Assembly (NCBI GenBank): GCA_963692865.2
Contig: OY843592.1
Coordinates: 1,344,001 to 1,408,000, forward strand
Length of the DNA: 64,000 nucleotides
DNA from: a bacterium
GTDB taxonomy: Bacteria > UBA8248
Direction of reading: 5' to 3'
Shown here: positions 1 through 10,204 of the stretch, piece after piece
Numbering within the stretch: position 1 is the stretch's first letter
How the letters are laid out: every line of letters starts with the position of its first letter
Made by a program: the position numbers and the translations under genes
Notes under the pieces: model-generated
The model's input: the letters and a program-made list of their open reading frames with translations, nothing else
Database searches by the model: none
Told to the model about the DNA's origin: nothing

Positions 1-292
1 TCGTCAGGGTTCCCGCGCATCGGCGGAGAATGAAACGCCGCCGTTCATTCACCCGCATCCGCAAATGGATTCCGGCTTTCGCCGGAATGACGAACAAAAT
101 CGCACCGCTTTTTGTAGGGACAGGTCGCGACCTGTCCCTACGGACTTCTGGGGCACCTGAGCTTCCGTTCCCCTATAAAATTTCCCTGGTGGCGAAAAAT
201 CCCGTGAGGGGCTATATTGTTTCTTGATGATAAGGGAGACGCGGGGAGCGATGCGCTCCTTTTTCTTTTTCTTGAGATTTGCGAGGTGCGTG

Positions 293-754
293 ATGGCGGG
301 CGGCATGAAAATCGTTGCCGAGAACAGGCGCGCCCGCGCCGATTATGCGATTGACGAGACCTACGAGGCGGGCCTCGTCCTCACGGGCACGGAGGTGAAG
401 GCGCTCCGCGAGGGCCGCGCGAACCTGAAGGAGAGCTACGGCGACATCATCGGCGGCGAGGCCTGGCTGGTGGATTGCCACATCAGCCCCTACGGGCACG
501 GCAACATCCACAACCACGAGCCCACGCGCAGGCGGAAGCTCCTGCTCCACAAGCGCGAGATAGGGCGCCTCATCGGCCGCGTGAACGAACGGGGGATGAC
601 GCTCGTGCCGATGAAGATGTATTTCGCCCGGGGCCGCGCGAAGGTGGAGATCGGCGTCGGCAAGGGCAAGAAGCTCCACGACCGCCGCGAGGAGCTCAAA
701 AAGCGCGCCGCGAACCGCGAGATCGAGCGCGCGCTCAGGGAGAGGAACAGGTGA
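293..754 (+). CDS. smpB: SsrA-binding protein SmpB
   Basis: Motifs [51 protein letters not shown]; GAGGTG RBS before ATG 293; tmRNA gene downstream. Confidence 0.97.
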   Translation: MAGGMKIVAENRRARADYAIDETYEAGLVLTGTEVKALREGRANLKESYGDIIGGEAWLVDCHISPYGHGNIHNHEPTRRRKLLLHKREIGRLIGRVNERGMTLVPMKMYFARGRAKVEIGVGKGKKLHDRREELKKRAANREIERALRERNR

Positions 755-963
755 TGCGGGATCTTTTCAGGGACTACACGATGCGCTGGTGGCAGGTGAG
801 TCTGCTCAAACTCTCGATGGCCGCGTTCGGCCTGGCGGTCGGGGCCACCTGGCCGGGAGCGTTCGAGGGCCGGCTGCTCTGGATATGGCTGACGTTCCTG
901 CTCCCCGCCGCGTATCTGAGCTGCGTCTTCTATCCCGAGATGTGGAGGAGAAGGCGGAAATAG
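754..963 (+). CDS. Small two-TM membrane protein (69 aa), hypothetical
   Basis: ATG overlaps smpB stop (TGATG); two hydrophobic segments and a basic tail RRRRK. Confidence 0.7.
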   Translation: MRDLFRDYTMRWWQVSLLKLSMAAFGLAVGATWPGAFEGRLLWIWLTFLLPAAYLSCVFYPEMWRRRRK

Positions 964-1023
964 CGTATACGAGACGGGCCCGGAATGATGATCGCCGCTC
1001 CGGGTCTGCCGTTCATCTCTTAT

Positions 1024-1384
1024 GGGGGCGATCCGGTTTCGACGGGAGGATTTGAAGTCTGAGCTGCGCGCCGGGGACGCCACTTGGCCCCGTTATCAAT
1101 GTGGCAAAATCACACCAGCCGACAACGAGCTGGCTCTCGCTGCCTAGACGCTAGCGAGCGTTCCCCCTCGCCTCGTCCGCGGGCGGGGTGCGGAACGTCA
1201 TGATGCGGACTAGCCGACCCAGGTTTCGGTCCGGAGCCTGACAGGCGAAATCGAATCGGACTAGTCCGGAGGATGGCCCGCCGGTGGGCTTGGTCCCGGG
1301 CGAAACCCTCACCACCGGCTACGCGCGTAGACGCTCACGACGGAAGCCTTTCGGACGCGGGTTCGATTCCCGCCGCCTCCACCA
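1024..1384 (+). ncRNA. ssrA: tmRNA; tag peptide (A)ADNELALAA* at 1118-1147
   Basis: 5' GGGGGCG pairs with 3' CGCCTCC-ACCA with a G3:U wobble; T-arm GGGTTCGATTCCC; tag ORF ending LALAA-TAG; next to smpB. Confidence 0.97.
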
Positions 1385-1413
1385 GATTTGATGGGAATGC
1401 GGCTCGATTTTTA

Positions 1414-1759
1414 GGAGCTGTTGCAAAAGCCCGATGAAGAAGGGTTTGACACGAGCAAGGATCGAGCGATTGTGTTTTGGTAGCGCGACCTGTCCCTACG
1501 GTCGCCGGTCGGGATTGATCCACCGCGTGGCATCGGACTTTGCAGAACGCTCGACGCCCTCATCCCGAGCAAACGCCCCAAACCCTCATCCTGAGTAGGC
1601 GCGTAAGCGCCGTATCGAAGGATGGGGGCGCATTTCTCCGGCGGGCGCTCACTTCGCCCTTCGATACGCGGCTTCGCCGCTACTCAGGGTGAGGCGGAGC
1701 GGCGGGTTGCGCAGGATGAGGAGGGGGATTGCGCCGCATCGGGCTTTTTCAACGACCTC
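1414..1759. mobile_element. MITE-like container with REP-like hairpins
   Basis: Terminal inverted repeats GCTGTTGCAAAAGCCCGATG / CATCGGGCTTTTTCAACGAC enclosing CCCTTCGATACGCGGCTTCGCCGCTACTCAGG-type modules. Confidence 0.65.
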
Positions 1760-1859
1760 TTTTAAGTAGAGTGTGGTTACTCGGGTGTTCCCCAGCATTG
1801 GTTTGCTCCGTCATTCCTCGCTATATTTTTTGAAGTCTATTCTCAACGAATAGAGAGTG

Positions 1860-2087
1860 ATGAGAAAACCGGGCGAAGTAGTTTTCGAGGTTACCGAAGC
1901 CGTAGAAGGCGGCTATGACGCCCGGGCCTTGGGCTACGGCATATTCACCCAGGGAGAGGACTGGGACGACCTGAAAACGATGGTCAGAGAAGCTGTGCTT
2001 TGTCACTTCGGTGAAGAGGACGCGCCTGGAATGGTCAGGCTGCATCTCGTCAGGGACGAAGTTATCGCGCTCTCCCGACCTTCCTGA
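1860..2087 (+). CDS. HicB-like antitoxin-fold small protein (orphan)
   Basis: EVVFEVTEAVEGGYDARALGYGIFTQGEDWDDLKTMVREAV matches the HicB N-terminal pattern; no hicA adjacent. Confidence 0.7.
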   Translation: MRKPGEVVFEVTEAVEGGYDARALGYGIFTQGEDWDDLKTMVREAVLCHFGEEDAPGMVRLHLVRDEVIALSRPS

Positions 2088-2265
2088 AACACCAGACCCT
2101 CTTCCTTTTCACGCTCCATTGCATTCCCCGTTTCGCGCGGATTAAAATACCGTCCGTCATCGAGGCGTCGCCGCCGAGTTTTTTCGGTTTTTCGAACCAT
2201 CTGCCCGGGTTCGCGGCGCCCCGAGTCGGGATGTCCCGCGAGGCACCCTTACGAGGACGCAGAGC

Positions 2266-4422
2266 ATGTCGCGCCTGGCCGAAGACGAATCCGCCGTCGC
2301 CGCCGAGCCGATCCTCGATCCGCGCCTTCGCTATCTGAACCGCGAACTTTCCTGGCTCGCCTTCAACCGGCGGGTGCTCGCCGAGGCGAGCAACCTCCGC
2401 CACCCACTGCTGGAGCGCCTGCGCTTCCTCTCGATATCGGCGAGCAACCTCGATGAGTTCTTCATGGTGCGCCTGGCGGGCCTCAAGGGACAGGTGGCGA
2501 ACGGCGTCACCCAGAAGAGCCTCGACGGTCGAACGCCCGCCGAGCAGTTGGCCGAAGTCGCCCGGGAGAGCGCGCGGCTGATTTGCGAGCAGGAGTCCGT
2601 CTGGCGGCGTCTGCGGCGGGAACTCGCCGGGGCCGGCATCTCCGTGGTGACCGAGGAGGACCTGAGCGCGAAGGATATGGACTGGCTGGGCGATTACTTC
2701 CTGAAACAGGTTTTCCCCGTGCTGACGCCTCTCGCCATCGACCCGGCGCACCCGTTCCCCTTCATCGCCAATCGCGGCTTCTGTCTGGCGCTCGAACTCG
2801 AAGCCGCCGATGGCGCGCGGAAAATGCGGGCCCTGGTTCCGCTGCCCGATCAGGTGCGCCGCTTCACCCGCCTGCCGGGAGAGGATGTCCGATTCATCGC
2901 GCTGGAGAACCTGGTGCGCCTGTTCATCGATCAGTTGTTCCCGGGCTACCGGATCGCCGGCAGCGGCGTGTTCCGCCTCATCCGCGACAGCGACATCGAA
3001 TACGAGGAGGAGGCCGAAGACCTCGTCCTGTTGTTCGAGACCATGCTGCGCCGCAGGCGGCTCGGCGGCGTGGTGCGCCTGAACCTGAGCGCCGACATGC
3101 CGGTCTCGCTGCGCGAGCTGGTGATAGACGAGTTCGACGCCCAGCCCGAGGACATCGTGGAACTGACCGGCACCATCGGCATGGCGCAACTCGGCGAATT
3201 GATCGATTGCGGGCGATCGGATCTGGTTTTCCCCGCCTACCGGGCGCGCTTTCCCGAGCGCATCCGCGAGTACGACAACGATTGCTTCGCGGCGATCCGT
3301 CACAAGGACATCGTCGTCCATCACCCCTACGAGAGCTTCGACGTGGTGGTGCAGTTCCTCGAACAGGCCGCCGCCGACCCGAACGTGCTGGCGATCAAGC
3401 AGACGCTCTACCGCACGACCGACGAGTCGCCCATCGTCAAGGCGCTCATCGCGGCGGCGGAATCGGGCAAATCGGTCACGGCGCTCGTCGAACTCAAGGC
3501 GCGCTTCGACGAGGAGACCAACCTCAAGCTCTCCCAGTCGCTGGAGCGCGCGGGCGTCCACGTGGTCTACGGCTTCATGAAGCTCAAGACCCACGCCAAG
3601 GTCACCTGCGTCGTGCGGCGCGAGGGGGAAGATCTGCGGAGCTACGTGCATTTCGGCACGGGCAATTACCACCCGATCACCGCGCGCGTCTATACCGACC
3701 TCTCGTTCTTCACCTGCGACGAGCGTCTCGCGCATGACGCCGCCCAGGTGTTCAACCTGACCACGGGCTACGCGCTGCCGCGCAGTTTCGAATGCGTCGC
3801 CGTGGCGCCGTCGGGGCTTCGAAAATCCGTGCTGGCAATGATTGACGAGGAGATCGCCAACGCCGAGGCGGGCCGGCCGGCCGCGGTCTGGGCGAAGATG
3901 AACTCGCTGGTCGACGGGACGGTCATCGACAAGCTCTACCAGGCGAGCGCCGCGGGCGTTCAGGTCGACCTGGTGGTGCGCGGCATCTGCTGCCTGCGTC
4001 CGGGCGTGCCGGGTCTGTCGGAGAACATCCGGGTGAAGAGCATCATCGGGCGTTTTCTCGAACACTCTCGCATCGTGTGTTTCGCCAACGGCCACCCGCT
4101 GCCCTCGCCGCACGCGAAGGTGTTCATGACCTCGGCCGACTGGATGCCGCGCAACTTCGACCGCCGCTGCGAGGTGCTGGTGCCGATAGAGAACGAAACC
4201 GTGCATCAGCAGGTGCTCGATCAGATCATGGTGGCGAATTTCAAGGACGACGCCCAAAGCTGGCACATGGCAGGCGACGGCGGCTACGAGCGCGCGCCGC
4301 TCGGGGAAGAAGATTTCACGGCGCACACCTATTTCATGACGAATCCGAGTCTGTCCGGCCGCGGAAGCGCGCTGAGACGGGCCGGCGGCCCGGCGAGGTT
4401 GCGTATTGCGGAAGACGGCTGA
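2266..4422 (+). CDS. ppk1: Polyphosphate kinase 1
   Basis: [68 protein letters not shown]. Confidence 0.97.
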   Translation: MSRLAEDESAVAAEPILDPRLRYLNRELSWLAFNRRVLAEASNLRHPLLERLRFLSISASNLDEFFMVRLAGLKGQVANGVTQKSLDGRTPAEQLAEVARESARLICEQESVWRRLRRELAGAGISVVTEEDLSAKDMDWLGDYFLKQVFPVLTPLAIDPAHPFPFIANRGFCLALELEAADGARKMRALVPLPDQVRRFTRLPGEDVRFIALENLVRLFIDQLFPGYRIAGSGVFRLIRDSDIEYEEEAEDLVLLFETMLRRRRLGGVVRLNLSADMPVSLRELVIDEFDAQPEDIVELTGTIGMAQLGELIDCGRSDLVFPAYRARFPERIREYDNDCFAAIRHKDIVVHHPYESFDVVVQFLEQAAADPNVLAIKQTLYRTTDESPIVKALIAAAESGKSVTALVELKARFDEETNLKLSQSLERAGVHVVYGFMKLKTHAKVTCVVRREGEDLRSYVHFGTGNYHPITARVYTDLSFFTCDERLAHDAAQVFNLTTGYALPRSFECVAVAPSGLRKSVLAMIDEEIANAEAGRPAAVWAKMNSLVDGTVIDKLYQASAAGVQVDLVVRGICCLRPGVPGLSENIRVKSIIGRFLEHSRIVCFANGHPLPSPHAKVFMTSADWMPRNFDRRCEVLVPIENETVHQQVLDQIMVANFKDDAQSWHMAGDGGYERAPLGEEDFTAHTYFMTNPSLSGRGSALRRAGGPARLRIAEDG

Positions 4423-5932
4423 ACGACCAGGCCTCGTCGAAGAGGCGACCGACTCTCACGAACGTTACGGCGTAATCGACATCGGCTCCAACTCGATCCG
4501 CCTGGTCGTGTTCGAGGGCTTGCGGCGCGCGCCGCTGCCCTTGCTCAACGAAAGGGTCATGTGCGGCCTGGGCCGAAGCCTGCACGATACCGGCAGGCTC
4601 GACCCCGATGGCGTCGAACAGGCGCTGTTGAACATCGAGCGCTTCGGCGTCCTGCTGCGCGCGATGGGGGTGACGCGCTTCGACGCCGTCGCCACCGCGG
4701 CGGTGCGCGATGCGGAGGACGGGGCCGGGTTCGTCGCCGAGGTGGAGCGGCGGTGCGGTTTTCACGTGCGCGTGCTCTCGGGCGCGGAAGAGGCGGAGAT
4801 GGCGGCGCTCGGCGTGTTGAGCGGCGCGCCCGGAGCGGACGGCGTGGTGGGCGACCTGGGCGGCGGCAGCCTCGAACTGGTCCACCTGGCCGCCGGCGCC
4901 ACCGCCGAGCACGCGACGCTGCCCCTGGGGCCGCTCAACCTCCAGGCCGCCTCGGGCGGCAAGCGCAAGCGCGCGAGAAAGATTATCGACGACGCCCTGG
5001 CGGAACTGCCCTGGCTCCCCGAGATGCGCGGGCGCGCCTTCTACGCCGTCGGCGGCAACTGGCGGGCGCTGGCGCACGCCCACATGGCGCATTCGGGCTA
5101 TCCGCTCAACATCATTCACCATTACAGGCTTCGCCGGGGCGACCTCGCGAAAATCGCCGACCTGGTATCGCGCCAGAGCCGGGATTCGCTCGCGGGCATT
5201 CCTGGCGTTTCGAGCAGGCGGCTCGACTTGCTGCCGCTCGCGGCGCTGGTGATGGTTCGTCTGCTGGCGGCCGCGGAGCCGCGCGACGTCGTCTTCTCCG
5301 CGCACGGCCTGCGCGAGGGGTTCGCCTTCGCGCGCCTGGGGGACCGCCGCCGGGACGAGGACCCCCTCCTGAGCGCAGCGGACGACATCTACGAGCGCAC
5401 CGCCCGGTATCCCGGCCGCGCCGCAGAACTCTACGAGTGGACGGAAAGCCTCTTTCCCGAAGAGAGCGCCTCCGAGCGCCGCCTGCGCCGCGCCGCCTGC
5501 CTGCTGAGCGACGTCGGCTGGCGGGTGCACCCCGACTACCGGGCCGCCCAGGCCGGCGCCGAGGTGCTCCACGCGCGCGCCCTGCACGCCGGCCACGAGG
5601 AGCGGGCGTTTCTCGCCCTGGCCGTCTTCGGGCGCTATACGAGCCGCGCGACCCACGGGGCGCTGCGCACCGTCGAGCGGCTGCTGGACGCGGAAACCGT
5701 CCGCCGCGCGCGAATCACGGGCTCCGCCGTGCGGCTGGGGGAGACCCTTTGCGGCGGCGTGCCGGGGGTGCTGGGGCGCTTTTCGCTCAAGCCCTCGATG
5801 GGCCGGGGTTTGCTCAAGCTCAAGTGCCGCCGCAGTGACCAAAACATGCTGGGCGAGGTCGTCTTGCGCCGCTTCGAGGCCCTGGCCGCTTTGATGGGAC
5901 TGGCGCCCGAGGTGCGCTTTATCGGGGATTGA
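4406..5932 (+). CDS. ppx: Ppx/GppA exopolyphosphatase
   Basis: [32 protein letters not shown]; overlaps ppk1; start uncertain. Confidence 0.93.
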   Translation: MRKTAERPGLVEEATDSHERYGVIDIGSNSIRLVVFEGLRRAPLPLLNERVMCGLGRSLHDTGRLDPDGVEQALLNIERFGVLLRAMGVTRFDAVATAAVRDAEDGAGFVAEVERRCGFHVRVLSGAEEAEMAALGVLSGAPGADGVVGDLGGGSLELVHLAAGATAEHATLPLGPLNLQAASGGKRKRARKIIDDALAELPWLPEMRGRAFYAVGGNWRALAHAHMAHSGYPLNIIHHYRLRRGDLAKIADLVSRQSRDSLAGIPGVSSRRLDLLPLAALVMVRLLAAAEPRDVVFSAHGLREGFAFARLGDRRRDEDPLLSAADDIYERTARYPGRAAELYEWTESLFPEESASERRLRRAACLLSDVGWRVHPDYRAAQAGAEVLHARALHAGHEERAFLALAVFGRYTSRATHGALRTVERLLDAETVRRARITGSAVRLGETLCGGVPGVLGRFSLKPSMGRGLLKLKCRRSDQNMLGEVVLRRFEALAALMGLAPEVRFIGD

Positions 5933-6714
5933 TGATGGCGTGGATTCGATTTGCGGCGTGTGGCCTCGTGTTGTTGTCGGGCCTGGGTTTTCCGCCAAAG
6001 TCACAGGCCTCGGAAACGGCTCCGGCTCCCACCGTCGTCCTGGCGGATTCACTTGAGCCCGCCGAGGTCTCCGAGTCCGCCGTTCTGGCTCTCCGCATCC
6101 TTGCGAGAGAAACCGACGATTTGCTCCTTGACGCGAAGCGGCGGCGCGGTCTCGCCCGCGAGATCGAAGGCGTGCTCAAGCGGCTGAGATACGCTCATCC
6201 CGAGATGGCGAAAGTCTCCGCCCGAACGGCCCATCTGCCCGGCGTGCTTCTCCTGGGCGTGAGGCCCGGTTTGTTCAAGGCGGTCGCCGGCCTCCTTGAG
6301 GGGACAAGCGGGCCCGTGGCGTTGCGCACCGGGAACCGGGCGTTCGACGCCTTGAACGCGAGGCTCGAACTTCGGGCCGTGCGGCCATACCGCCACATGG
6401 GCGTCCTCCTCATGCGCCTGAGCAGGCGCGCCAACGTCGGGGCGGCGCAGAGAGCGTACATGGCGATCGAAGGAGTCGAGTACGCGGAGCCCGATGCGCA
6501 CCTGGGCGACGGCCCCGACATCGAGGCGGCGAAATCGGGCGGCGTCTGGCATGTCGTCGTCCGCAGGGCGTGGGGGGATTGCCCCGCCGGTTGTATTTAC
6601 AAAAAGCTGTCTTTCTTCACCGTGGCGGGTGGGGAAGTCGAGCGAATCGAACCCTCGAATGCGATGAAGATGTCCGGGTTCCGGAAAATCCTCACAATCC
6701 GAAACTGGCGTTGA
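5932..6714 (+). CDS. Secreted hypothetical protein with C-terminal WGDCPAGC motif
   Basis: Signal-peptide-like N-terminus; start overlaps ppx stop; ~260-aa ORF. Confidence 0.7.
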   Translation: MMAWIRFAACGLVLLSGLGFPPKSQASETAPAPTVVLADSLEPAEVSESAVLALRILARETDDLLLDAKRRRGLAREIEGVLKRLRYAHPEMAKVSARTAHLPGVLLLGVRPGLFKAVAGLLEGTSGPVALRTGNRAFDALNARLELRAVRPYRHMGVLLMRLSRRANVGAAQRAYMAIEGVEYAEPDAHLGDGPDIEAAKSGGVWHVVVRRAWGDCPAGCIYKKLSFFTVAGGEVERIEPSNAMKMSGFRKILTIRNWR

Positions 6715-6841
6715 CGCCGTGCGCGCGGGATGAGAGGCTCACCCCGCTTCCAGATGACAGATAAATTCTGCCTGATGTGAACAGGGGCGGCAGGGCCATT
6801 ATCCACCAGTCGAGAGACGTAACCGAGGAGATACCTGAACG

Positions 6842-7219
6842 ATGAACATCGCATACGTTTTCGCCACCGACATGTCGGCCACCTACAAGCTGGGCACCAT
6901 GATCCTGCCGCAACTCGAAGCCGGCAACCACGGAGTGAACGTCGTCGGCATGTTCTTTTTCGACGACAACCTGTACTGCCTGCGCGAGGGCGACGAGGTG
7001 GGCGAGCGCCTGGCGAAGGTCGCCGCGGAGCAGAACATCCTCCTCATGGTATGCGACCAGTGCGCCGTGCGCCGCAACCTCGCCGAGGGCACGTTCGAGC
7101 AGTGCGGGTCCGGCGACGTGAAGGCGAAGGGCCTGGTGGCCGGCGTGGGCGCAGGCTGCTTCCCGCAGCTCTACGCCGCGCTCGCTCCCGCCGCGCCCGA
7201 CCTCGTCATCACGCTGTAG
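6842..7219 (+). CDS. DsrE-related protein, SaoD-like
   Basis: MILPQLEAGNHG, VVGMFFFDDN, CDQCA, GCFPQLY, VITL; GAGGAG RBS. Confidence 0.8.
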   Translation: MNIAYVFATDMSATYKLGTMILPQLEAGNHGVNVVGMFFFDDNLYCLREGDEVGERLAKVAAEQNILLMVCDQCAVRRNLAEGTFEQCGSGDVKAKGLVAGVGAGCFPQLYAALAPAAPDLVITL

Positions 7220-7225
7220 GGGTCT

Positions 7226-7665
7226 GGGGCTGTTGAATAAGCCCCGTATGCGACCCCTGCAAACCGCAACGCCTCTTTCCTTACCCTGAGTAGCCGCCGG
7301 AGGCGGCGTATCGAAGGGCGAGGGGAATCGAACGCCTCGCGCCGGGGCGAGAGGGCGTCCCCTTCGACAGGCTCGGGAATGCAGTTTCTCCTTCCTCAGT
7401 CGGAACTGACCTTCGATACGCGGCTTCGCCGCTATTCAGGATGAGGCGGTCGGGGAGGCCCTGCGCACCGAATCACGAAATCAGGGCCTTTTCAACAACC
7501 CCGACAAGGGGGGGGTTGATTCTTTTGAAGTCGCGCAGCCCTTCCTCCCTCAGTCGGGGCTGACCCCCCACCAACTCGCTTGCGGGCTACGCCCTTATCT
7601 CGTTGACTCCCCCTCAAGGGGGGAGTGGTTCGACCCGACCCGCAAGGGCTTTTTCAACAGCCCCC
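7226..7665. repeat. Mosaic of MITE-like ends and REP-like hairpins
   Basis: GGGGCTGTTGAATAAG at 7226; TTTTCAACAACCCC near 7502; TTTTCAACAGCCCC near 7663; internal CCCTTCGATACG and GACTCCCCCTCAAGGGGGGAGT modules. Confidence 0.7.
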
Positions 7666-7808
7666 GCAGGGGCGGTTCGCGAACCGTGGGGCGACCCCGA
7701 GGAGGGGTTCGCTCCTGCGGGTCAATCCCTCGCTCCACGGTGAATCAAGGGAAGAATTGAACTCGAAGCCCGCGCCTTTTCGAAGCGCCGCCGGGGCGGA
7801 GGTGAAGC

Positions 7809-8651
7809 TCAGGACGCCTTGAGGACGCAGTAGGAATAGAGTTTCAACAGGTCGGTCGTCACGTCCATGAACTCTTTCATTTCCGCTGCGGATTCCGGCG
7901 CGCGGCGCTCGCCGACTTCCATGAGGCTTTCGGATTCCAGCACCTCGAAGCCGTGTTTTTCCGTGAGGACGGAGAGGTCGTCGAAGCCCGTCACCCATTT
8001 CACCCCGAAGTTGCTTTCGAAAAGGTCCGTGAATTCGCTGATTCTCTCATCGCCGGACGTGCGGTTGATTACTTTTTCAGAGAGATAATCGAAAGCGATG
8101 GTCATATCGGGCGCCTGCGCGCGCATCCGGTCGAGAAAATCGTGGATCAGCCCGACCGGCAGATACATGGTGTTGCCTTCCCATATGAACAGGATGGGCG
8201 CTTCGAGGTCGAAGCCCGCTTTGGCGAGTTCCCGGGGCAGGTCAACTTCGAGGTAATTGCACTCGATTCCGGCGCAGGGTGTGACGTCTCTGGCTTCGAG
8301 AACCTTTTTCTTGAACTGCAGCACCGCCGGCTGGTCGACGTCGCAGAACCGGACGTCTTCGGTTTTATAAATGTGAAAGCGCATGTCGAAGCCCGCGCCG
8401 AGCGAGACGATCTGCTTTACGCCGGCCTCAATGCCGCGCTCGACGGCCTCGCTCATGACGCAAACCCGGAAACGAACCAGTTCCAGCGCCGGCGGAAACA
8501 CTTCTATCTGCTCTTGCACTTTCTTCTCTATCGCCTCGTTCACGAACCACGCCGCGCAGGGGTCGTCGAACAGCTTGTGTTCCTGCTTCTCCTCCATTGC
8601 GCGAATGGAAGATACGAAGAACGCGGTCGCGCCGATTTCGTTGATGTCCAT
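7809..8651 (-). CDS. SAM-dependent methyltransferase (LCM/TIGR00027-like), copy 2
   Basis: IGATAF, FDDP, QIVSLGAGFDMR, DVDQP, WEGNTMYL; start at MDINEIG. Confidence 0.9.
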   Translation of the reverse strand: MDINEIGATAFFVSSIRAMEEKQEHKLFDDPCAAWFVNEAIEKKVQEQIEVFPPALELVRFRVCVMSEAVERGIEAGVKQIVSLGAGFDMRFHIYKTEDVRFCDVDQPAVLQFKKKVLEARDVTPCAGIECNYLEVDLPRELAKAGFDLEAPILFIWEGNTMYLPVGLIHDFLDRMRAQAPDMTIAFDYLSEKVINRTSGDERISEFTDLFESNFGVKWVTGFDDLSVLTEKHGFEVLESESLMEVGERRAPESAAEMKEFMDVTTDLLKLYSYCVLKAS

Positions 8652-8656
8652 GGAAC

Positions 8657-9508
8657 TCAGGACGCCTTGAGCACGCAGTAGGAATAGAGTTTCAACAGTT
8701 CGCCCGACACGTCCATGAACTCTTTCATCTCCGCAGCGGACTCCGGCGCGCGGCGTTCGCCGAACTCCATCAGGCTTTCGGATTCGATGACTTCGAGTTC
8801 GTGTTTTTCCGTGAGGACGGAGAGGTCGTCGAAGCCGGTCAGCCATTTCACCCCGAAGTTGTTTTCAAACATATCCGTGATTTCGGTGATTCTCTCGTCA
8901 CCCGACGAGCGGTTGATCACCTTTTCGGAGAAATAATCGAAGGCGATGGTCATGTGCGGAATCTGCGCGCGCATTCGATCGAGAAAATCATGTATCAGGT
9001 CGAGCGGCAGATACATGGTGTTGCCTTCCCATATGAAGAGGGTGGGCGCTTCGAGGTCGAAGCCCGCTCGGCTGAGTTCTTGGGACAGGTCGACTTCCAG
9101 GTAATTGCACTCGATTCCGGGGCAGGGCGTGACGCCGCCTGCTTCGAGAACCTTGTTCTTGAATTGCAGCACCGCCGGTTGGTCGACGTCGCAGAACCTG
9201 ACGCCTTCGGTCGCATAGATGTGAGCGCGCATGTCGAAGCCCGCGCCGAGTGAGACGATCTGCTTCGCACCGTCTTTGATGCCGCGCTCCACGATCTCGC
9301 TCATGACGCAGACCCGGTAGCGAACCAACTCCCTCGATGGCGGGAAAACCCTGATTTGCTCCTGAACCTTCTCCTCTACCGCCTCGTTGACGAACAAGGC
9401 CGCGTAGGGGTCGTCGAACAGCTTGTGTTCCTGGTCTTTCTCCATCGCGCGGATACAGGAGATGACGAACGCAGTTGCGCCGATTTCGTTGATGATGTCC
9501 ACCGCCAT
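8657..9508 (-). CDS. SAM-dependent methyltransferase (LCM/TIGR00027-like), copy 1
   Basis: Same motifs; close paralogue of 7809-8651; start at MAVDIINEIG after GAGGAG. Confidence 0.9.
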   Translation of the reverse strand: MAVDIINEIGATAFVISCIRAMEKDQEHKLFDDPYAALFVNEAVEEKVQEQIRVFPPSRELVRYRVCVMSEIVERGIKDGAKQIVSLGAGFDMRAHIYATEGVRFCDVDQPAVLQFKNKVLEAGGVTPCPGIECNYLEVDLSQELSRAGFDLEAPTLFIWEGNTMYLPLDLIHDFLDRMRAQIPHMTIAFDYFSEKVINRSSGDERITEITDMFENNFGVKWLTGFDDLSVLTEKHELEVIESESLMEFGERRAPESAAEMKEFMDVSGELLKLYSYCVLKAS

Positions 9509-9690
9509 GACTCCTCTCGGTTGGTTACGCCGCTCCATTCCCCGGAGAAAAGGGGAGGCGCGCCTCGTCTGGTTATCGCAGGTACTGGATCGCCAAGACG
9601 GGATGATAGCGAAATCCGGCGGGTAGGGGCAATGAAAAAATGGCGATCATATGAGCCCACCACATCCCCGGAGAATATCTAAAGTCTCCT

Positions 9691-10116
9691 TCAGTCCACG
9701 ACCGCGATCGCGTTGACCTCCACCAGGCATCTGGGGTCGGTGGCGAGGCGCACGACCTGGAGCGTGGTGGAGGCGGGCCGGTGGTCGCCGAAATACTCCT
9801 TTCGGATGGCCCCCGCCTCCTCGGTGCCCTCCATCGTCGTCGAGAAGAACTGGAAGAAGACGATGTCCTGAAACGCGCCGCCCACGGCTTCCAGGCTTTT
9901 CTTGAGGTTCTCCAGAGCCATGCGCGTCTGGGTGGGCAGATCGCCGGGGAGGGTGTCGAACTCCTCGGGCCGGTGGGGATGATGGTGATAGGGCGGGGCG
10001 GCGGTGACCCCCGCGAAATAGACGGTCGTCCCGCCGCTCGCCTTTATGGCCATCGAGTAGGGCGTCCAGACGTCCAGCCTGTCGGGCCAGTCCACGGGTT
10101 CGATCCGCTTCGGCAT
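9691..10116 (-). CDS. RidA/YjgF/UK114 family protein
   Basis: TPYS, QTRMALENLKKSLEAVG, RPASTTLQVVRL, LVEVNAIAV. Confidence 0.88.
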   Translation of the reverse strand: MPKRIEPVDWPDRLDVWTPYSMAIKASGGTTVYFAGVTAAPPYHHHPHRPEEFDTLPGDLPTQTRMALENLKKSLEAVGGAFQDIVFFQFFSTTMEGTEEAGAIRKEYFGDHRPASTTLQVVRLATDPRCLVEVNAIAVVD

Positions 10117-10204
10117 TCTCGGTCTCCTTTATGGAATGTGAAATCGGAGGTTCAGTTCATGCGCCGCAATCAGGGCCGGGGGAGGCGAGCCGCTCAGCGC
10201 CCCG

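Noticed and set aside
1335-1384. Stand-alone tRNA-like T-arm/CCA
   Set aside because: It is the 3' end of the tmRNA
2062-4326. 754-aa antisense ORF and similar long shadow ORFs (e.g. 4334-6052, 18981-20432, 53752-55686)
   Set aside because: Overlap well-supported genes; typical high-GC alternative-frame artefacts
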